DNA of 64,000 nucleotides, from NCBI RefSeq assembly GCF_016026235.1, contig NZ_CP065613.1, one strand, 5' to 3'. This DNA is from Escherichia coli. GTDB lineage: Bacteria > Pseudomonadota > Gammaproteobacteria > Enterobacterales > Enterobacteriaceae. The position numbers and the translations under genes are program-made. The notes beneath the pieces are model-generated. The model saw nothing but the letters and a program-made list of their open reading frames with translations. It did not search any database and was not told where the DNA came from. This document shows, piece after piece, positions 14,479 to 28,060 of the stretch; the first letter of the stretch is position 1; each line of letters opens with the position of its first letter.

Positions 14479-16923
14479 ATGAAAACGAAAATCCCTGATG
14501 CGGTATTGGCTGCTGAGGTGAGTCGCCGTGGTTTGGTAAAAACGACAGCGATCGGCGGCCTGGCAATGGCCAGCAGCGCATTAACATTACCTTTTAGTCG
14601 GATTGCGCACGCTGTCGATAGCGCCATTCCAACAAAATCAGACGAAAAGGTTATCTGGAGCGCCTGTACAGTTAACTGTGGTAGTCGCTGCCCGCTACGT
14701 ATGCACGTCGTGGACGGTGAAATCAAATATGTCGAAACGGACAATACCGGCGATGACAATTACGACGGCCTGCACCAGGTTCGCGCCTGCCTGCGTGGGC
14801 GTTCCATGCGTCGCCGTGTCTACAATCCGGACCGCCTGAAATATCCGATGAAACGAGTCGGGGCGCGCGGTGAAGGCAAATTCGAGCGCATTAGCTGGGA
14901 AGAAGCCTACGACATCATCGCGACCAATATGCAGCGCCTGATCAAAGAGTACGGCAACGAGTCTATCTATCTGAACTATGGCACCGGTACGCTGGGCGGC
15001 ACCATGACCCGCTCCTGGCCGCCGGGAAATACCCTGGTCGCGCGGCTGATGAACTGCTGCGGCGGCTATCTGAACCATTACGGCGACTACTCCTCCGCGC
15101 AAATTGCGGAAGGTTTGAACTATACCTACGGCGGCTGGGCAGATGGCAACAGCCCGTCGGATATCGAAAACAGTAAGCTGGTAGTGCTGTTTGGTAATAA
15201 CCCTGGCGAAACGCGAATGAGTGGCGGTGGGGTGACTTACTATCTTGAACAGGCACGCCAGAAATCTAATGCCCGCATGATCATCATCGATCCGCGCTAT
15301 ACCGACACCGGTGCCGGGCGCGAAGATGAGTGGATCCCTATTCGTCCGGGAACAGATGCCGCACTGGTTAACGGTCTGGCGTACGTCATGATCACTGAAA
15401 ACCTGGTGGATCAGGCATTCCTCGATAAATATTGCGTTGGCTACGATGAGAAAACCCTGCCAGCCAGTGCGCCGAAAAATGGCCACTATAAAGCTTATAT
15501 TCTGGGTGAAGGGCCAGATGGCGTGGCTAAAACACCGGAATGGGCCTCACAAATCACCGGTGTTCCGGCAGACAAAATCATCAAACTGGCTCGTGAAATC
15601 GGCAGTACCAAACCGGCGTTTATCAGCCAGGGATGGGGCCCGCAGCGTCACGCTAACGGTGAAATCGCAACCCGTGCTATCTCGATGCTGGCGATTCTGA
15701 CCGGTAACGTTGGTATTAACGGAGGCAACAGCGGCGCGCGTGAAGGTTCATACAGCTTACCGTTTGTCCGTATGCCGACCTTGGAAAACCCGATCCAGAC
15801 CAGCATTTCGATGTTTATGTGGACCGATGCCATTGAACGTGGCCCGGAAATGACGGCGCTGCGTGATGGTGTACGCGGGAAAGATAAGCTGGATGTGCCG
15901 ATCAAAATGATCTGGAACTATGCCGGTAACTGCCTGATTAACCAGCATTCTGAAATCAACCGTACCCATGAAATCCTTCAGGATGATAAGAAGTGCGAGC
16001 TGATTGTGGTTATCGACTGCCACATGACCTCATCGGCGAAATATGCTGACATCCTGCTGCCTGACTGCACCGCTTCCGAACAGATGGACTTTGCGCTGGA
16101 TGCATCCTGCGGGAATATGTCTTACGTGATTTTCAACGATCAGGTGATTAAACCGCGCTTTGAATGTAAGACCATCTATGAAATGACCAGCGAACTGGCA
16201 AAACGTCTTGGCGTTGAGCAACAGTTTACTGAAGGCCGTACCCAGGAAGAGTGGATGCGGCATCTGTATGCCCAGTCGCGGGAAGCGATTCCTGAACTGC
16301 CAACGTTTGAAGAGTTCCGCAAGCAGGGGATCTTTAAAAAGCGCGACCCACAAGGGCATCACGTTGCTTATAAAGCTTTCCGTGAAGATCCTCAGGCAAA
16401 TCCACTGACCACGCCATCGGGTAAAATTGAGATTTATTCGCAGGCGCTGGCTGACATTGCCGCTACCTGGGAATTGCCAGAAGGCGATGTGATCGATCCA
16501 CTGCCGATCTACACGCCGGGCTTTGAAAGTTATCAGGATCCGCTGAACAAACAGTATCCGCTGCAGCTTACGGGTTTCCACTATAAATCTCGCGTTCACT
16601 CAACTTACGGCAACGTTGATGTGCTGAAAGCAGCTTGCCGTCAGGAAATGTGGATCAACCCGCTTGATGCGCAAAAACGCGGTATCAACAACGGCGATAA
16701 AGTCAGGATCTTTAACGATCGTGGTGAGGTTCATATTGAGGCGAAAGTGACGCCACGAATGATGCCGGGTGTGGTCGCACTGGGTGAAGGTGCCTGGTAT
16801 GACCCGGATGCAAAACGTGTCGATAAGGGGGGTTGTATTAACGTACTGACCACTCAACGTCCGTCTCCTCTCGCTAAGGGGAATCCGTCACATACAAACC
16901 TTGTTCAGGTTGAAAAGGTGTAA
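14479..16923 (+). CDS. dmsA: Anaerobic DMSO reductase catalytic subunit A (molybdopterin, Tat-exported)
   Basis: 814-aa ORF with twin-arginine signal (SRRGLVK) and N-terminal Cys cluster. Confidence 0.94.
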   Translation: MKTKIPDAVLAAEVSRRGLVKTTAIGGLAMASSALTLPFSRIAHAVDSAIPTKSDEKVIWSACTVNCGSRCPLRMHVVDGEIKYVETDNTGDDNYDGLHQVRACLRGRSMRRRVYNPDRLKYPMKRVGARGEGKFERISWEEAYDIIATNMQRLIKEYGNESIYLNYGTGTLGGTMTRSWPPGNTLVARLMNCCGGYLNHYGDYSSAQIAEGLNYTYGGWADGNSPSDIENSKLVVLFGNNPGETRMSGGGVTYYLEQARQKSNARMIIIDPRYTDTGAGREDEWIPIRPGTDAALVNGLAYVMITENLVDQAFLDKYCVGYDEKTLPASAPKNGHYKAYILGEGPDGVAKTPEWASQITGVPADKIIKLAREIGSTKPAFISQGWGPQRHANGEIATRAISMLAILTGNVGINGGNSGAREGSYSLPFVRMPTLENPIQTSISMFMWTDAIERGPEMTALRDGVRGKDKLDVPIKMIWNYAGNCLINQHSEINRTHEILQDDKKCELIVVIDCHMTSSAKYADILLPDCTASEQMDFALDASCGNMSYVIFNDQVIKPRFECKTIYEMTSELAKRLGVEQQFTEGRTQEEWMRHLYAQSREAIPELPTFEEFRKQGIFKKRDPQGHHVAYKAFREDPQANPLTTPSGKIEIYSQALADIAATWELPEGDVIDPLPIYTPGFESYQDPLNKQYPLQLTGFHYKSRVHSTYGNVDVLKAACRQEMWINPLDAQKRGINNGDKVRIFNDRGEVHIEAKVTPRMMPGVVALGEGAWYDPDAKRVDKGGCINVLTTQRPSPLAKGNPSHTNLVQVEKV

Positions 16924-16933
16924 GGAGTAACCG

Positions 16934-17551
16934 ATGACAACCCAGTATGGATTTTTTATTGATTCCAGCCGTTGCACCGGTTGCAAAACCTGCGAGCTGG
17001 CTTGTAAAGACTACAAAGATTTGACATCAGAAGTCAGCTTCCGCCGCATTTATGAATATGCTGGTGGCGACTGGCAGGAAGATAACGGTGTCTGGCACCA
17101 GAACGTGTTTGCCTACTATCTGTCGATTTCGTGCAACCACTGCGAAGATCCGGCTTGTACTAAAGTCTGCCCGAGCGGTGCGATGCATAAACGTGAAGAT
17201 GGTTTTGTTGTGGTCGATGAAGATGTGTGCATTGGCTGCCGCTACTGCCATATGGCTTGCCCGTATGGCGCACCGCAATATAACGAAACGAAAGGCCATA
17301 TGACCAAATGCGATGGTTGTTATGACCGTGTTGCGGAGGGTAAAAAGCCGATCTGTGTTGAATCTTGTCCGCTGCGGGCGCTGGATTTCGGCCCTATCGA
17401 CGAGCTGCGTAAAAAACATGGCGATCTGGCGGCCGTTGCGCCGTTGCCGCGAGCTCACTTTACCAAACCGAATATTGTGATCAAACCCAATGCCAATAGC
17501 CGCCCGACCGGGGATACCACTGGCTATCTGGCAAACCCGAAGGAGGTGTGA
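16934..17551 (+). CDS. dmsB: DMSO reductase iron-sulfur subunit B
   Basis: 205-aa ORF with four-Cys ferredoxin motifs (CxxCxxCxxxCP). Confidence 0.94.
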   Translation: MTTQYGFFIDSSRCTGCKTCELACKDYKDLTSEVSFRRIYEYAGGDWQEDNGVWHQNVFAYYLSISCNHCEDPACTKVCPSGAMHKREDGFVVVDEDVCIGCRYCHMACPYGAPQYNETKGHMTKCDGCYDRVAEGKKPICVESCPLRALDFGPIDELRKKHGDLAAVAPLPRAHFTKPNIVIKPNANSRPTGDTTGYLANPKEV

Positions 17552-17552
17552 G

Positions 17553-18416
17553 ATGGGAAGTGGATGGCATGAATGGCCGCTGATGATCTTCACGGTCTTC
17601 GGGCAATGTGTAGCAGGTGGTTTTATCGTTCTGGCTTTGGCGCTGCTCAAAGGCGACCTGCGAGCAGAAGCCCAGCAGCGTGTTATCGCCTGCATGTTTG
17701 GTTTATGGGTGCTGATGGGCATTGGCTTTATCGCCTCTATGCTCCATCTTGGTTCACCAATGCGCGCTTTTAACTCGCTCAACCGGGTAGGGGCTTCAGC
17801 ACTCAGTAACGAAATCGCCAGCGGTTCGATCTTTTTTGCCGTAGGCGGCATCGGCTGGTTGCTGGCAATGCTGAAAAAGCTGTCACCGGCATTGCGTACG
17901 CTGTGGCTGATAGTGACGATGGTTCTTGGCGTCATCTTTGTCTGGATGATGGTGCGTGTGTATAACAGCATTGATACCGTTCCGACCTGGTACAGCATCT
18001 GGACGCCGATGGGCTTCTTCCTGACGATGTTTATGGGCGGCCCGTTACTGGGTTACCTGTTGTTGAGTCTGGCTGGCGTCGATGGCTGGGCGATGCGTCT
18101 GCTGCCAGCAATTACTGTACTGGCACTGGTAGTGAGTGGCGTGGTGTCAGTGATGCAGGGCGCAGAGCTGGCGACTATTCATAGTTCTGTGCAGCAGGCC
18201 GCAGCGCTGGTGCCGGACTATGGTGCGCTGATGTCCTGGCGGATCGTGCTTTTGGCCGTTGCCCTGTGCTTGTGGATTGCACCACAGCTAAAAGGTTATC
18301 AGCCTGCGGTTCCGCTACTTTCTGTATCATTCATTCTGCTTCTGGCAGGGGAATTAATCGGTCGCGGCGTATTCTATGGTTTGCATATGACCGTGGGGAT
18401 GGCCGTCGCAAGCTAA
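17553..18416 (+). CDS. dmsC: DMSO reductase membrane anchor subunit C
   Basis: ORF 17490..18416 trimmed to MGSGWHEWPLMIF (287 aa), starting 1 nt after the dmsB stop; polytopic membrane protein. Confidence 0.9.
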   Translation: MGSGWHEWPLMIFTVFGQCVAGGFIVLALALLKGDLRAEAQQRVIACMFGLWVLMGIGFIASMLHLGSPMRAFNSLNRVGASALSNEIASGSIFFAVGGIGWLLAMLKKLSPALRTLWLIVTMVLGVIFVWMMVRVYNSIDTVPTWYSIWTPMGFFLTMFMGGPLLGYLLLSLAGVDGWAMRLLPAITVLALVVSGVVSVMQGAELATIHSSVQQAAALVPDYGALMSWRIVLLAVALCLWIAPQLKGYQPAVPLLSVSFILLLAGELIGRGVFYGLHMTVGMAVAS

Positions 18417-18423
18417 TCATAAC

Positions 18424-18456
18424 AACCGGGGTTTCGGCCCCGGTTCTCTTTTATTT
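18424..18456 (+). terminator. Hairpin terminator between convergent dmsC and ycaC
   Basis: AACCGGGGtttcggCCCCGGTT followed by ctcttttatttc. Confidence 0.7.
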
Positions 18457-19077
18457 CTGCTTCGTTAACGTGTCATAACTGGTCATCAAATTACGATAAT
18501 CAGGAATGTGGTTAGAGAACAACGTCGCCAGTCCTTCAATATCATTACGCCAGTCGCGATGCAGCTCGCACGCCACGCCGAACCATGTCATCAATTGCGC
18601 ACCAGCTTGCGACATGCGATCCCATGCCGAATGCCGGGTAATTTCATTAAAGGTCCCTGACGCGTCAGTCACGACAAAGACGTCAAACCCTTCTTCAATG
18701 GCTGAAAGCGCCGGGAATGCCACGCAAACTTCGGTTACCACACCGGCAATAATTAACTGTTTTTTACCTGTCGCTTTGACAGCTTTTACAAAATCTTCGT
18801 TATCCCAGGCGTTAATATTTCCCGGGCGAGCAATGTAAGGTGCATCGGGGAATTGTGCTTTCAGTTCTGGAACTAATGGGCCGTTAGGACCGGTTTCAAA
18901 ACTGGTGGTAAGAATAGTTGGTAAGTTGAAATACTTAGCCAGGTCACCCAGCGCCAGCACGTTATTTTTAAACTTATCGGGTTCGATATCCCGTACAAGG
19001 GAAAGTAAACCAGCCTGGTGATCAACAAGCAAAACGGCAGCATCATTTTTATCAAGACGAACATACGGTTTGGTCAT
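18451..19077 (-). CDS. ycaC: Isochorismatase-family hydrolase YcaC
   Basis: 208-aa ORF recognised as YcaC. Confidence 0.88.
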   Translation of the reverse strand: MTKPYVRLDKNDAAVLLVDHQAGLLSLVRDIEPDKFKNNVLALGDLAKYFNLPTILTTSFETGPNGPLVPELKAQFPDAPYIARPGNINAWDNEDFVKAVKATGKKQLIIAGVVTEVCVAFPALSAIEEGFDVFVVTDASGTFNEITRHSAWDRMSQAGAQLMTWFGVACELHRDWRNDIEGLATLFSNHIPDYRNLMTSYDTLTKQK

Positions 19078-19390
19078 CCTCTTCTCCTTTCGAGAGTCAG
19101 TGGTACGTCTGAAATCGATCAGACGCGATGCATTGCTCTGAAAGCATAGACGGGAAATATGAGTTTGCTGTGACCATGAAATTTTTCGACTGAACGAAGC
19201 GTATGAAATTTGTGTTAGTTCAATAAAAACAATCAGATGAGACTAATCATCTCTTCAGCATTAGCGTTATGAATGAGTAATATAAATCGATAATACCGCC
19301 GCTGGGATATCGCGTATTTTCACCCATTGACAATGTTTTTGGCGGTGGCATGATGCGCATGAAATTTGAACTTCCTCACGGTTTTAATTC

Positions 19391-20539
19391 ATGTCCACGT
19401 ATACCCGGCCTGTCATGCTTTTGCTGTCTGGCCTGCTTTTGTTGACTCTGGCGATTGCGGTGTTAAATACACTCGTGCCGCTTTGGCTCGCCCAGGAACA
19501 CATGTCCACATGGCAGGTAGGCGTTGTCAGCTCATCCTATTTTACCGGCAACCTTGTCGGTACATTGCTGACAGGGTATGTCATTAAGCGCATTGGCTTT
19601 AACCGCAGCTATTATCTGGCCTCCTTCATTTTTGCCGCTGGCTGTGCCGGCCTTGGCCTGATGATTGGATTCTGGAGCTGGTTGGCTTGGCGTTTTGTCG
19701 CGGGCGTCGGCTGTGCCATGATTTGGGTGGTTGTTGAGAGCGCGCTGATGTGCAGTGGGACGTCACGTAACCGTGGGCGTTTGCTTGCTGCGTATATGAT
19801 GGTTTATTACGTGGGAACGTTTTTAGGCCAGTTACTGGTCAGCAAAGTTTCAACCGAGCTGATGTCCGTATTGCCGTGGGTTACAGGTTTGACGTTGGCA
19901 GGGATCTTACCGCTGTTGTTTACGCGTGTGCTGAATCAGCAGGCTGAAAACCATGATTCGACGTCAATTACGTCAATGCTAAAACTCCGTCAGGCGCGGC
20001 TTGGCGTGAATGGCTGCATTATCTCAGGAATCGTTCTGGGATCTCTATATGGCCTGATGCCGCTGTACCTCAATCACAAAGGGGTGAGCAATGCTAGCAT
20101 TGGTTTCTGGATGGCGGTACTGGTCAGTGCGGGTATCCTTGGACAATGGCCGATTGGACGTCTGGCGGATAAGTTTGGTCGACTGCTGGTGTTGCGTGTT
20201 CAGGTCTTTGTCGTCATTCTCGGCAGTATCGCGATGCTTAGCCAGGCGGCGATGGCCCCAGCGTTATTCATCCTCGGTGCCGCTGGCTTTACGCTATATC
20301 CGGTGGCGATGGCATGGGCTTGCGAGAAAGTTGAACATCATCAACTGGTGGCGATGAACCAGGCCTTACTGTTGAGCTATACTGTGGGAAGTCTGCTTGG
20401 CCCGTCATTTACCGCTATGCTAATGCAGAATTTCTCCGATAATTTATTGTTTATCATGATCGCCAGCGTATCGTTTATCTATTTGCTGATGCTGCTGCGC
20501 AACGCCGGTCATACGCCGAAACCCGTTGCTCACGTGTAA
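19391..20539 (+). CDS. ycaD: MFS transporter YcaD
   Basis: 382-aa hydrophobic 12-TM-type ORF at the conserved position. Confidence 0.88.
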   Translation: MSTYTRPVMLLLSGLLLLTLAIAVLNTLVPLWLAQEHMSTWQVGVVSSSYFTGNLVGTLLTGYVIKRIGFNRSYYLASFIFAAGCAGLGLMIGFWSWLAWRFVAGVGCAMIWVVVESALMCSGTSRNRGRLLAAYMMVYYVGTFLGQLLVSKVSTELMSVLPWVTGLTLAGILPLLFTRVLNQQAENHDSTSITSMLKLRQARLGVNGCIISGIVLGSLYGLMPLYLNHKGVSNASIGFWMAVLVSAGILGQWPIGRLADKFGRLLVLRVQVFVVILGSIAMLSQAAMAPALFILGAAGFTLYPVAMAWACEKVEHHQLVAMNQALLLSYTVGSLLGPSFTAMLMQNFSDNLLFIMIASVSFIYLLMLLRNAGHTPKPVAHV

Positions 20540-20748
20540 ATGAATTCAAGCAGAGTGTGAACTTACTGTTTCACACTCTGCTTTTTTGTTTCTTCTATCT
20601 GACTTGCTTTATTCCAAATTTTATTCGTTTAAAAATAAAATGTGCAGCAGGTTATAATTTTGCATTTCGCTATTTCCGCACTTCTTATTTGCCGCGCATA
20701 ATCCCTCGTTTTACAGATGCCCCTTTAATTTTGGCGAAGGATTTGTCT

Positions 20749-22179
20749 ATGGCTGGGAATGTTCAGGAAAAACAGTTGCGATGGTACAACATTGCGCTGA
20801 TGTCTTTTATCACTGTCTGGGGTTTTGGCAACGTTGTTAATAACTATGCCAACCAGGGGCTGGTGGTTGTTTTTTCATGGGTGTTTATCTTTGCACTCTA
20901 TTTCACACCTTATGCGCTAATTGTTGGTCAGTTAGGCTCGACCTTCAAAGATGGGAAGGGCGGGGTCAGTACCTGGATTAAACACACGATGGGACCCGGA
21001 CTGGCTTATCTCGCCGCGTGGACCTACTGGGTGGTGCATATTCCCTATCTGGCACAAAAACCCCAGGCAATTCTGATTGCGCTCGGTTGGGCGATGAAAG
21101 GCGACGGTTCGCTAATCAAAGAATATTCAGTCGTAGCGTTACAGGGGTTAACGCTGGTGCTGTTTATCTTCTTTATGTGGGTTGCTTCACGCGGTATGAA
21201 ATCGCTGAAAATCGTCGGTTCTGTGGCAGGGATTGCGATGTTTGTTATGTCGCTCCTGTATGTGGCGATGGCGGTAACCGCGCCTGCGATTACTGAAGTG
21301 CATATTGCGACCACAAACATTACCTGGGAAACGTTCATTCCTCATATCGACTTTACCTACATTACCACTATTTCAATGCTGGTTTTCGCGGTTGGCGGAG
21401 CAGAGAAGATTTCTCCTTACGTTAATCAAACGCGCAACCCAGGAAAAGAATTTCCAAAAGGGATGCTATGCCTGGCGGTGATGGTTGCGGTTTGTGCCAT
21501 TCTGGGCTCACTGGCGATGGGGATGATGTTTGACTCGCGTAATATCCCGGATGACTTAATGACGAACGGTCAATATTACGCCTTTCAGAAGCTGGGCGAG
21601 TATTACAACATGGGTAATACTTTAATGGTGATTTACGCCATTGCGAATACCCTGGGACAAGTAGCTGCGCTGGTATTCTCGATTGATGCCCCGCTTAAAG
21701 TGCTATTAGGTGATGCTGACAGCAAATATATTCCAGCCAGTTTATGTCGTACCAACGCTTCTGGTACGCCCGTTAATGGCTATTTTCTGACCCTGGTGCT
21801 GGTGGCAATTCTGATTATGCTGCCGACTCTCGGCATCGGTGATATGAACAATCTCTATAAATGGCTGTTGAATCTTAACTCGGTAGTGATGCCGCTGCGT
21901 TATTTATGGGTATTTGTTGCATTTATTGCAGTCGTTCGCCTGGCACAGAAATATAAGCCGGAATATGTCTTTATTCGTAATAAGTCTCTGGCAATGACCG
22001 TCGGGATTTGGTGTTTTGCCTTTACCGCCTTTGCCTGTTTGACGGGGATCTTCCCGAAAATGGAAGCCTTCACCGCAGAGTGGACCTTCCAGTTGGCGCT
22101 CAATGTTGCAACGCCGTTTGTGCTGGTTGGATTAGGACTGATATTCCCGCTGCTAGCGCGTAAAGCGAATAGCAAATAA
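20749..22179 (+). CDS. ycaM: Putative APC-family amino-acid transporter YcaM
   Basis: ORF 20557..22179 trimmed to MAGNVQEKQLRWYNIALMSF (476 aa). Confidence 0.85.
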   Translation: MAGNVQEKQLRWYNIALMSFITVWGFGNVVNNYANQGLVVVFSWVFIFALYFTPYALIVGQLGSTFKDGKGGVSTWIKHTMGPGLAYLAAWTYWVVHIPYLAQKPQAILIALGWAMKGDGSLIKEYSVVALQGLTLVLFIFFMWVASRGMKSLKIVGSVAGIAMFVMSLLYVAMAVTAPAITEVHIATTNITWETFIPHIDFTYITTISMLVFAVGGAEKISPYVNQTRNPGKEFPKGMLCLAVMVAVCAILGSLAMGMMFDSRNIPDDLMTNGQYYAFQKLGEYYNMGNTLMVIYAIANTLGQVAALVFSIDAPLKVLLGDADSKYIPASLCRTNASGTPVNGYFLTLVLVAILIMLPTLGIGDMNNLYKWLLNLNSVVMPLRYLWVFVAFIAVVRLAQKYKPEYVFIRNKSLAMTVGIWCFAFTAFACLTGIFPKMEAFTAEWTFQLALNVATPFVLVGLGLIFPLLARKANSK

Positions 22180-23088
22180 TTATTGTGGTCGGTGACGCTG
22201 ACTCTGGCAGATCTGACCCGTTTTTACATAATCGAGAAATGCGCGCAAGCCGCAGGACATATACTGGCGGTTTGGATAATAGATCTGGAAGCCTGGACGC
22301 TCTGTGCTCCAGTCTTCCAGTACACATTCTAAACGACCAGTATCAAGGTACTCCTTGATCTGTTCATAGAGCAGATACCCGATACCAGCACCCATCAAAA
22401 CGGCCTCCAGTTCAGCATCAACATCATCCAGAATGATATTTCCTGCGACAGCAATTTCCAGCTCCTTTGCAAATTGCCAGTGGAAAGGTTTGCCGCTGGG
22501 ATAACGAAAAACAACACATTGATGATTAAGCAGATCATGAGGATGGCGGGGTTTGCCATATCTTGCAAAGTACTCTGGCGTTGCTGCTACACATAATTTC
22601 ACTGGCGGGCCGATCGCCACGCTGATCATATCTTTTTCGACGATGCCACTAAGTCGAACGCCAGCGTCAAAGCCCTGCTGGACGATATCGACAAGAGAGT
22701 CGTCAGTTGTGAGCTCGACTTTAATATCAGGATATTCACGTGTGAAACCAACCAGTAAAGGCATTAAAAATATACGTGCAGCTACCCGGGCGGCATTGAT
22801 TTTGAGCGTTCCTGTTGGTGTCAGACGAAAATCATTCATCTCATCTAACATGATCTGAATTTCGTCGAAAGCTGGGCGCAATCGTTCATAGAGATTAGCA
22901 CCCGCTTCCGTTAACGATACGCTTCGGGTTGTCCGATTGAATAAGCGAATTTTAAGACGTTGTTCCAGTGTTTTAATACTATGGCTAATGGCGGACGAGG
23001 ATAAGCCTAACTCATCGCCCGCTGCACGAAAGCTTTGATTACGGGCCACAGCAAAGAAAGTGGCAAAGTCAGACATATTCATCCGCAT
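22180..23088 (-). CDS. ycaN: LysR-family transcriptional regulator YcaN
   Basis: 302-aa ORF with N-terminal HTH and LysR substrate-binding domain; divergent from ycaK. Confidence 0.88.
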   Translation of the reverse strand: MRMNMSDFATFFAVARNQSFRAAGDELGLSSSAISHSIKTLEQRLKIRLFNRTTRSVSLTEAGANLYERLRPAFDEIQIMLDEMNDFRLTPTGTLKINAARVAARIFLMPLLVGFTREYPDIKVELTTDDSLVDIVQQGFDAGVRLSGIVEKDMISVAIGPPVKLCVAATPEYFARYGKPRHPHDLLNHQCVVFRYPSGKPFHWQFAKELEIAVAGNIILDDVDAELEAVLMGAGIGYLLYEQIKEYLDTGRLECVLEDWSTERPGFQIYYPNRQYMSCGLRAFLDYVKTGQICQSQRHRPQ

Positions 23089-23187
23089 TAGTGAAAATCC
23101 TTCATTAACTCATCCTGAATCATCACGTTTACAGGATTATGCCGCCTGCGTAAAGTGCGCTCCAGAACTTAACGTGGAGGTAAAATT

Positions 23188-23778
23188 ATGCAGTCTGAAC
23201 GTATTTATTTGGTATGGGCCCATCCTCGTCATGATTCATTGACCGCACATATTGCTGATGCAATCCATCAGCGGGCAATGGAGCGGAAAATACAGGTGAC
23301 GGAACTCGATTTATATCGGCGTAATTTCAACCCAGTGATGACGCCGGAAGATGAACCAGACTGGAAGAATATGGATAAACGTTATTCTCCAGAGGTTCAT
23401 CAGCTTTATTCAGAGCTGCTTGAACATGACACGTTAGTGGTGGTTTTTCCTCTCTGGTGGTACAGCTTCCCGGCAATGCTAAAAGGATATATTGACAGAG
23501 TATGGAATAATGGGCTGGCTTATGGAGATGGGCACAAATTACCATTCAATAAAGTTCGTTGGGTGGCGCTGGTTGGAGGAGACAAAGAATCATTTGTCCA
23601 GATGGGCTGGGAAAAAAATATAAGCGATTATTTGATAAATATGTGCAGTTATCTTGGTATTGAAGATGCCGATGTCACTTTCTTGTGTAATACAGTGGTA
23701 TTCGATGGGCAAGAACTTCATGCGAGCTATTATCAGTCGTTATTATCTCAGGTACGGGATATGGTAGATGCACTATAA
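23188..23778 (+). CDS. ycaK: NAD(P)H-dependent oxidoreductase (flavodoxin-like) YcaK
   Basis: 196-aa ORF recognised as YcaK. Confidence 0.85.
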   Translation: MQSERIYLVWAHPRHDSLTAHIADAIHQRAMERKIQVTELDLYRRNFNPVMTPEDEPDWKNMDKRYSPEVHQLYSELLEHDTLVVVFPLWWYSFPAMLKGYIDRVWNNGLAYGDGHKLPFNKVRWVALVGGDKESFVQMGWEKNISDYLINMCSYLGIEDADVTFLCNTVVFDGQELHASYYQSLLSQVRDMVDAL

Positions 23779-23814
23779 AATGTGTTAAAAACGCTGTAGC
23801 AGAATGAAGCGCGG

Positions 23815-23850
23815 AATAAAAAAGCGGCAACTCAATAAAGTTGCCGCTTT
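23815..23850 (-). terminator. Hairpin terminator downstream of pflA (bidirectional with ycaK)
   Basis: AGCGGCAACTcaataaAGTTGCCGCT with a T-run on the minus strand. Confidence 0.7.
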
Positions 23851-23859
23851 ACGGGGAAA

Positions 23860-24600
23860 TTAGAACATTACCTTATGACCGTACTGCTCAAGAATGCCTT
23901 TCACGCGTTCCATGGTTTCTTTCTTCGGTGGTTTAACACCATCGAGTTTGTATTCTTCACCCATCGCCACCCATTTGTGTTTGCCCAGTTCGTGGTAGGG
24001 GAGAAGTTCGATTTTCTCAACGTTACCCATATCACGGGTAAATTCACCGAGGCGATGCGCTGAATCGTCATCGTCAGACCAGCCTGGGACAACAACGTAG
24101 CGGATCCACACCTTCACATTTTTGTTCGCCAGATATTTAGCGAACTCCAGCGTGCGGTGGTTGGAAACTCCAACCAGATTTTGGTGGATCTCGTCGTTCA
24201 TCTGTTTGAGATCGAGCATTACCAGGTCGGTTACTTCCAGCAGTTCATCAATCACCGGATCGTAACGACGAACAAAACCGTTGGTATCCAGACAGGTATG
24301 AATGCCTTCTTTTTTACAGGCGCGGAACCAGTCACGAACAAACTCAGCTTGCAGGATTGCTTCACCGCCGGATGCGGTAACGCCGCCGCCGGAAGCGTTC
24401 ATAAAGTGGCGATAGGTCACCACTTCCTTCATCAAATCTTCAACGGTAACTTCTTTACCGCCATGCGTGTCCCAGGTGTCGCGGTTATGACAATACAGGC
24501 AGCGCATCAGGCAGCCCTGGAAAAAGGTGATAAAGCGAATACCCGGGCCGTCTACGGTTCCACAGGATTCAAAGGAGTGAATGCGACCAATAACTGACAT
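23860..24600 (-). CDS. pflA: Pyruvate formate-lyase activating enzyme (radical SAM)
   Basis: ORF trimmed to [23 protein letters not shown] (246 aa); CxxxCxxC radical-SAM motif. Confidence 0.93.
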   Translation of the reverse strand: MSVIGRIHSFESCGTVDGPGIRFITFFQGCLMRCLYCHNRDTWDTHGGKEVTVEDLMKEVVTYRHFMNASGGGVTASGGEAILQAEFVRDWFRACKKEGIHTCLDTNGFVRRYDPVIDELLEVTDLVMLDLKQMNDEIHQNLVGVSNHRTLEFAKYLANKNVKVWIRYVVVPGWSDDDDSAHRLGEFTRDMGNVEKIELLPYHELGKHKWVAMGEEYKLDGVKPPKKETMERVKGILEQYGHKVMF

Positions 24601-24723
24601 TGCGGTGTTTCTCCAGATGTGGCCCATCTGAGGCCGTGTTGGTGCGCAGCTCGAAGGCTACGTCGAGTCTGTTTTGGCAGTCACCTTAAAGTATAGATAG
24701 CTGACAAAAAAGGCTCTCGTGCT

Positions 24724-24749
24724 AAAAAAGGCCCCACTTTCGTGGAGCC
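24724..24749 (-). terminator. Rho-independent terminator of pflB
   Basis: Minus-strand hairpin GGCTCCACgaaaGTGGGGCC followed by TTTTTT. Confidence 0.75.
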
Positions 24750-24791
24750 TTTATTGTACGCTTTTTACTGTACGATTTCAGTCAAATCTAA

Positions 24792-27074
<2,283 letters not shown>

Positions 27075-27128
27075 GTAACACCTACCTTCTTAAGTGGATT
27101 TTTTATTTACTGCGTACTTCGACAACCA

Positions 27129-27986
27129 TTAATGGTGATCGTTTTCACGCAGGTAAATGACCCAGTATGTCAACCCAACCAACAAACCACCGCCGATAAT
27201 ATTACCGATCGTAACCGGAATCAGGTTATCAGTGATGAAGTTCATCACGGTCAGGTGAGAAAAATTTTCCGGTGCAGAACCGACAGCGGTCCAGAATTCC
27301 GGAGATGCGAAGTCGCGGATTACAATACCCATCGGGATCATAAACATGTTTGCGATACTGTGCTCAAAACCGCTGGCAACAAACATCGCGACCGGCAGCA
27401 CCATGATAAACGCTTTGTCCATCAGGCTGCGGCCAGAATAACTCATCCATACTGCCAGACATACCATCAGGTTTGCCAGGATACCAAGGCAGACGGCCTC
27501 AATAAAAGTATGGTGCACTTTGTGGTCGGCGGTTTGTAGGACGTTTAGTCCCCATTGACCATTTGCGGTCATATACTCGCCGGAAAGCCACATTAAAAGT
27601 ACAAACAGCAGTGCGCCGACCAGGTTGCCAAAATAGACATTTAGCCAGTTTTTAGCCAACTGACCCCAGGTGATGCGCCCACTCGCCTTAGCAACAACAA
27701 TCAACACTGTGGAAGTAAAGAGATCGGCTCCGCAGACAACACAAAGAATCAGCCCCAGAGAGAAGCAAATGCCGCCAACCAGTTTTGCCATGCCGAAGGG
27801 CATTGTGCCTGTGCCAGTGGTTGCTGTGATATAGAAGACGAATGCGATTGAGATGAAAACACCGGCGGTAATCGCCAGATAGAAAGTCTTAAGCGGATGT
27901 TTCGTTGCTTTATAGACACCCGCCTCTTCGGCCACTTTGGCCATTGCAGCAGGAAGTAAAAGATCAAAAGGGTTGTCAGCTTTCAC
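27129..27986 (-). CDS. focA: Formate channel FocA (FNT family)
   Basis: ORF track gives 398 aa; trimmed to the GTG start (VKADNPFDLLLPAAMAK) for the known 285-aa FocA. Confidence 0.88.
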   Translation of the reverse strand: MKADNPFDLLLPAAMAKVAEEAGVYKATKHPLKTFYLAITAGVFISIAFVFYITATTGTGTMPFGMAKLVGGICFSLGLILCVVCGADLFTSTVLIVVAKASGRITWGQLAKNWLNVYFGNLVGALLFVLLMWLSGEYMTANGQWGLNVLQTADHKVHHTFIEAVCLGILANLMVCLAVWMSYSGRSLMDKAFIMVLPVAMFVASGFEHSIANMFMIPMGIVIRDFASPEFWTAVGSAPENFSHLTVMNFITDNLIPVTIGNIIGGGLLVGLTYWVIYLRENDHH

Positions 27987-28046
27987 ACTAACTCTCTCTT
28001 TATTAAGTCGGCGACGAGATACTAACAAAGCATTATAGATGAGAAA

Positions 28047-28060
28047 TTGATATAGATCAT
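28047..28060 (-). promoter_or_regulatory. Candidate FNR box in the focA-pflB upstream region
   Basis: TTGATatagATCAT fits TTGAT-N4-ATCAA, about 65 bp upstream of the focA start in an AT-rich region. Confidence 0.4.
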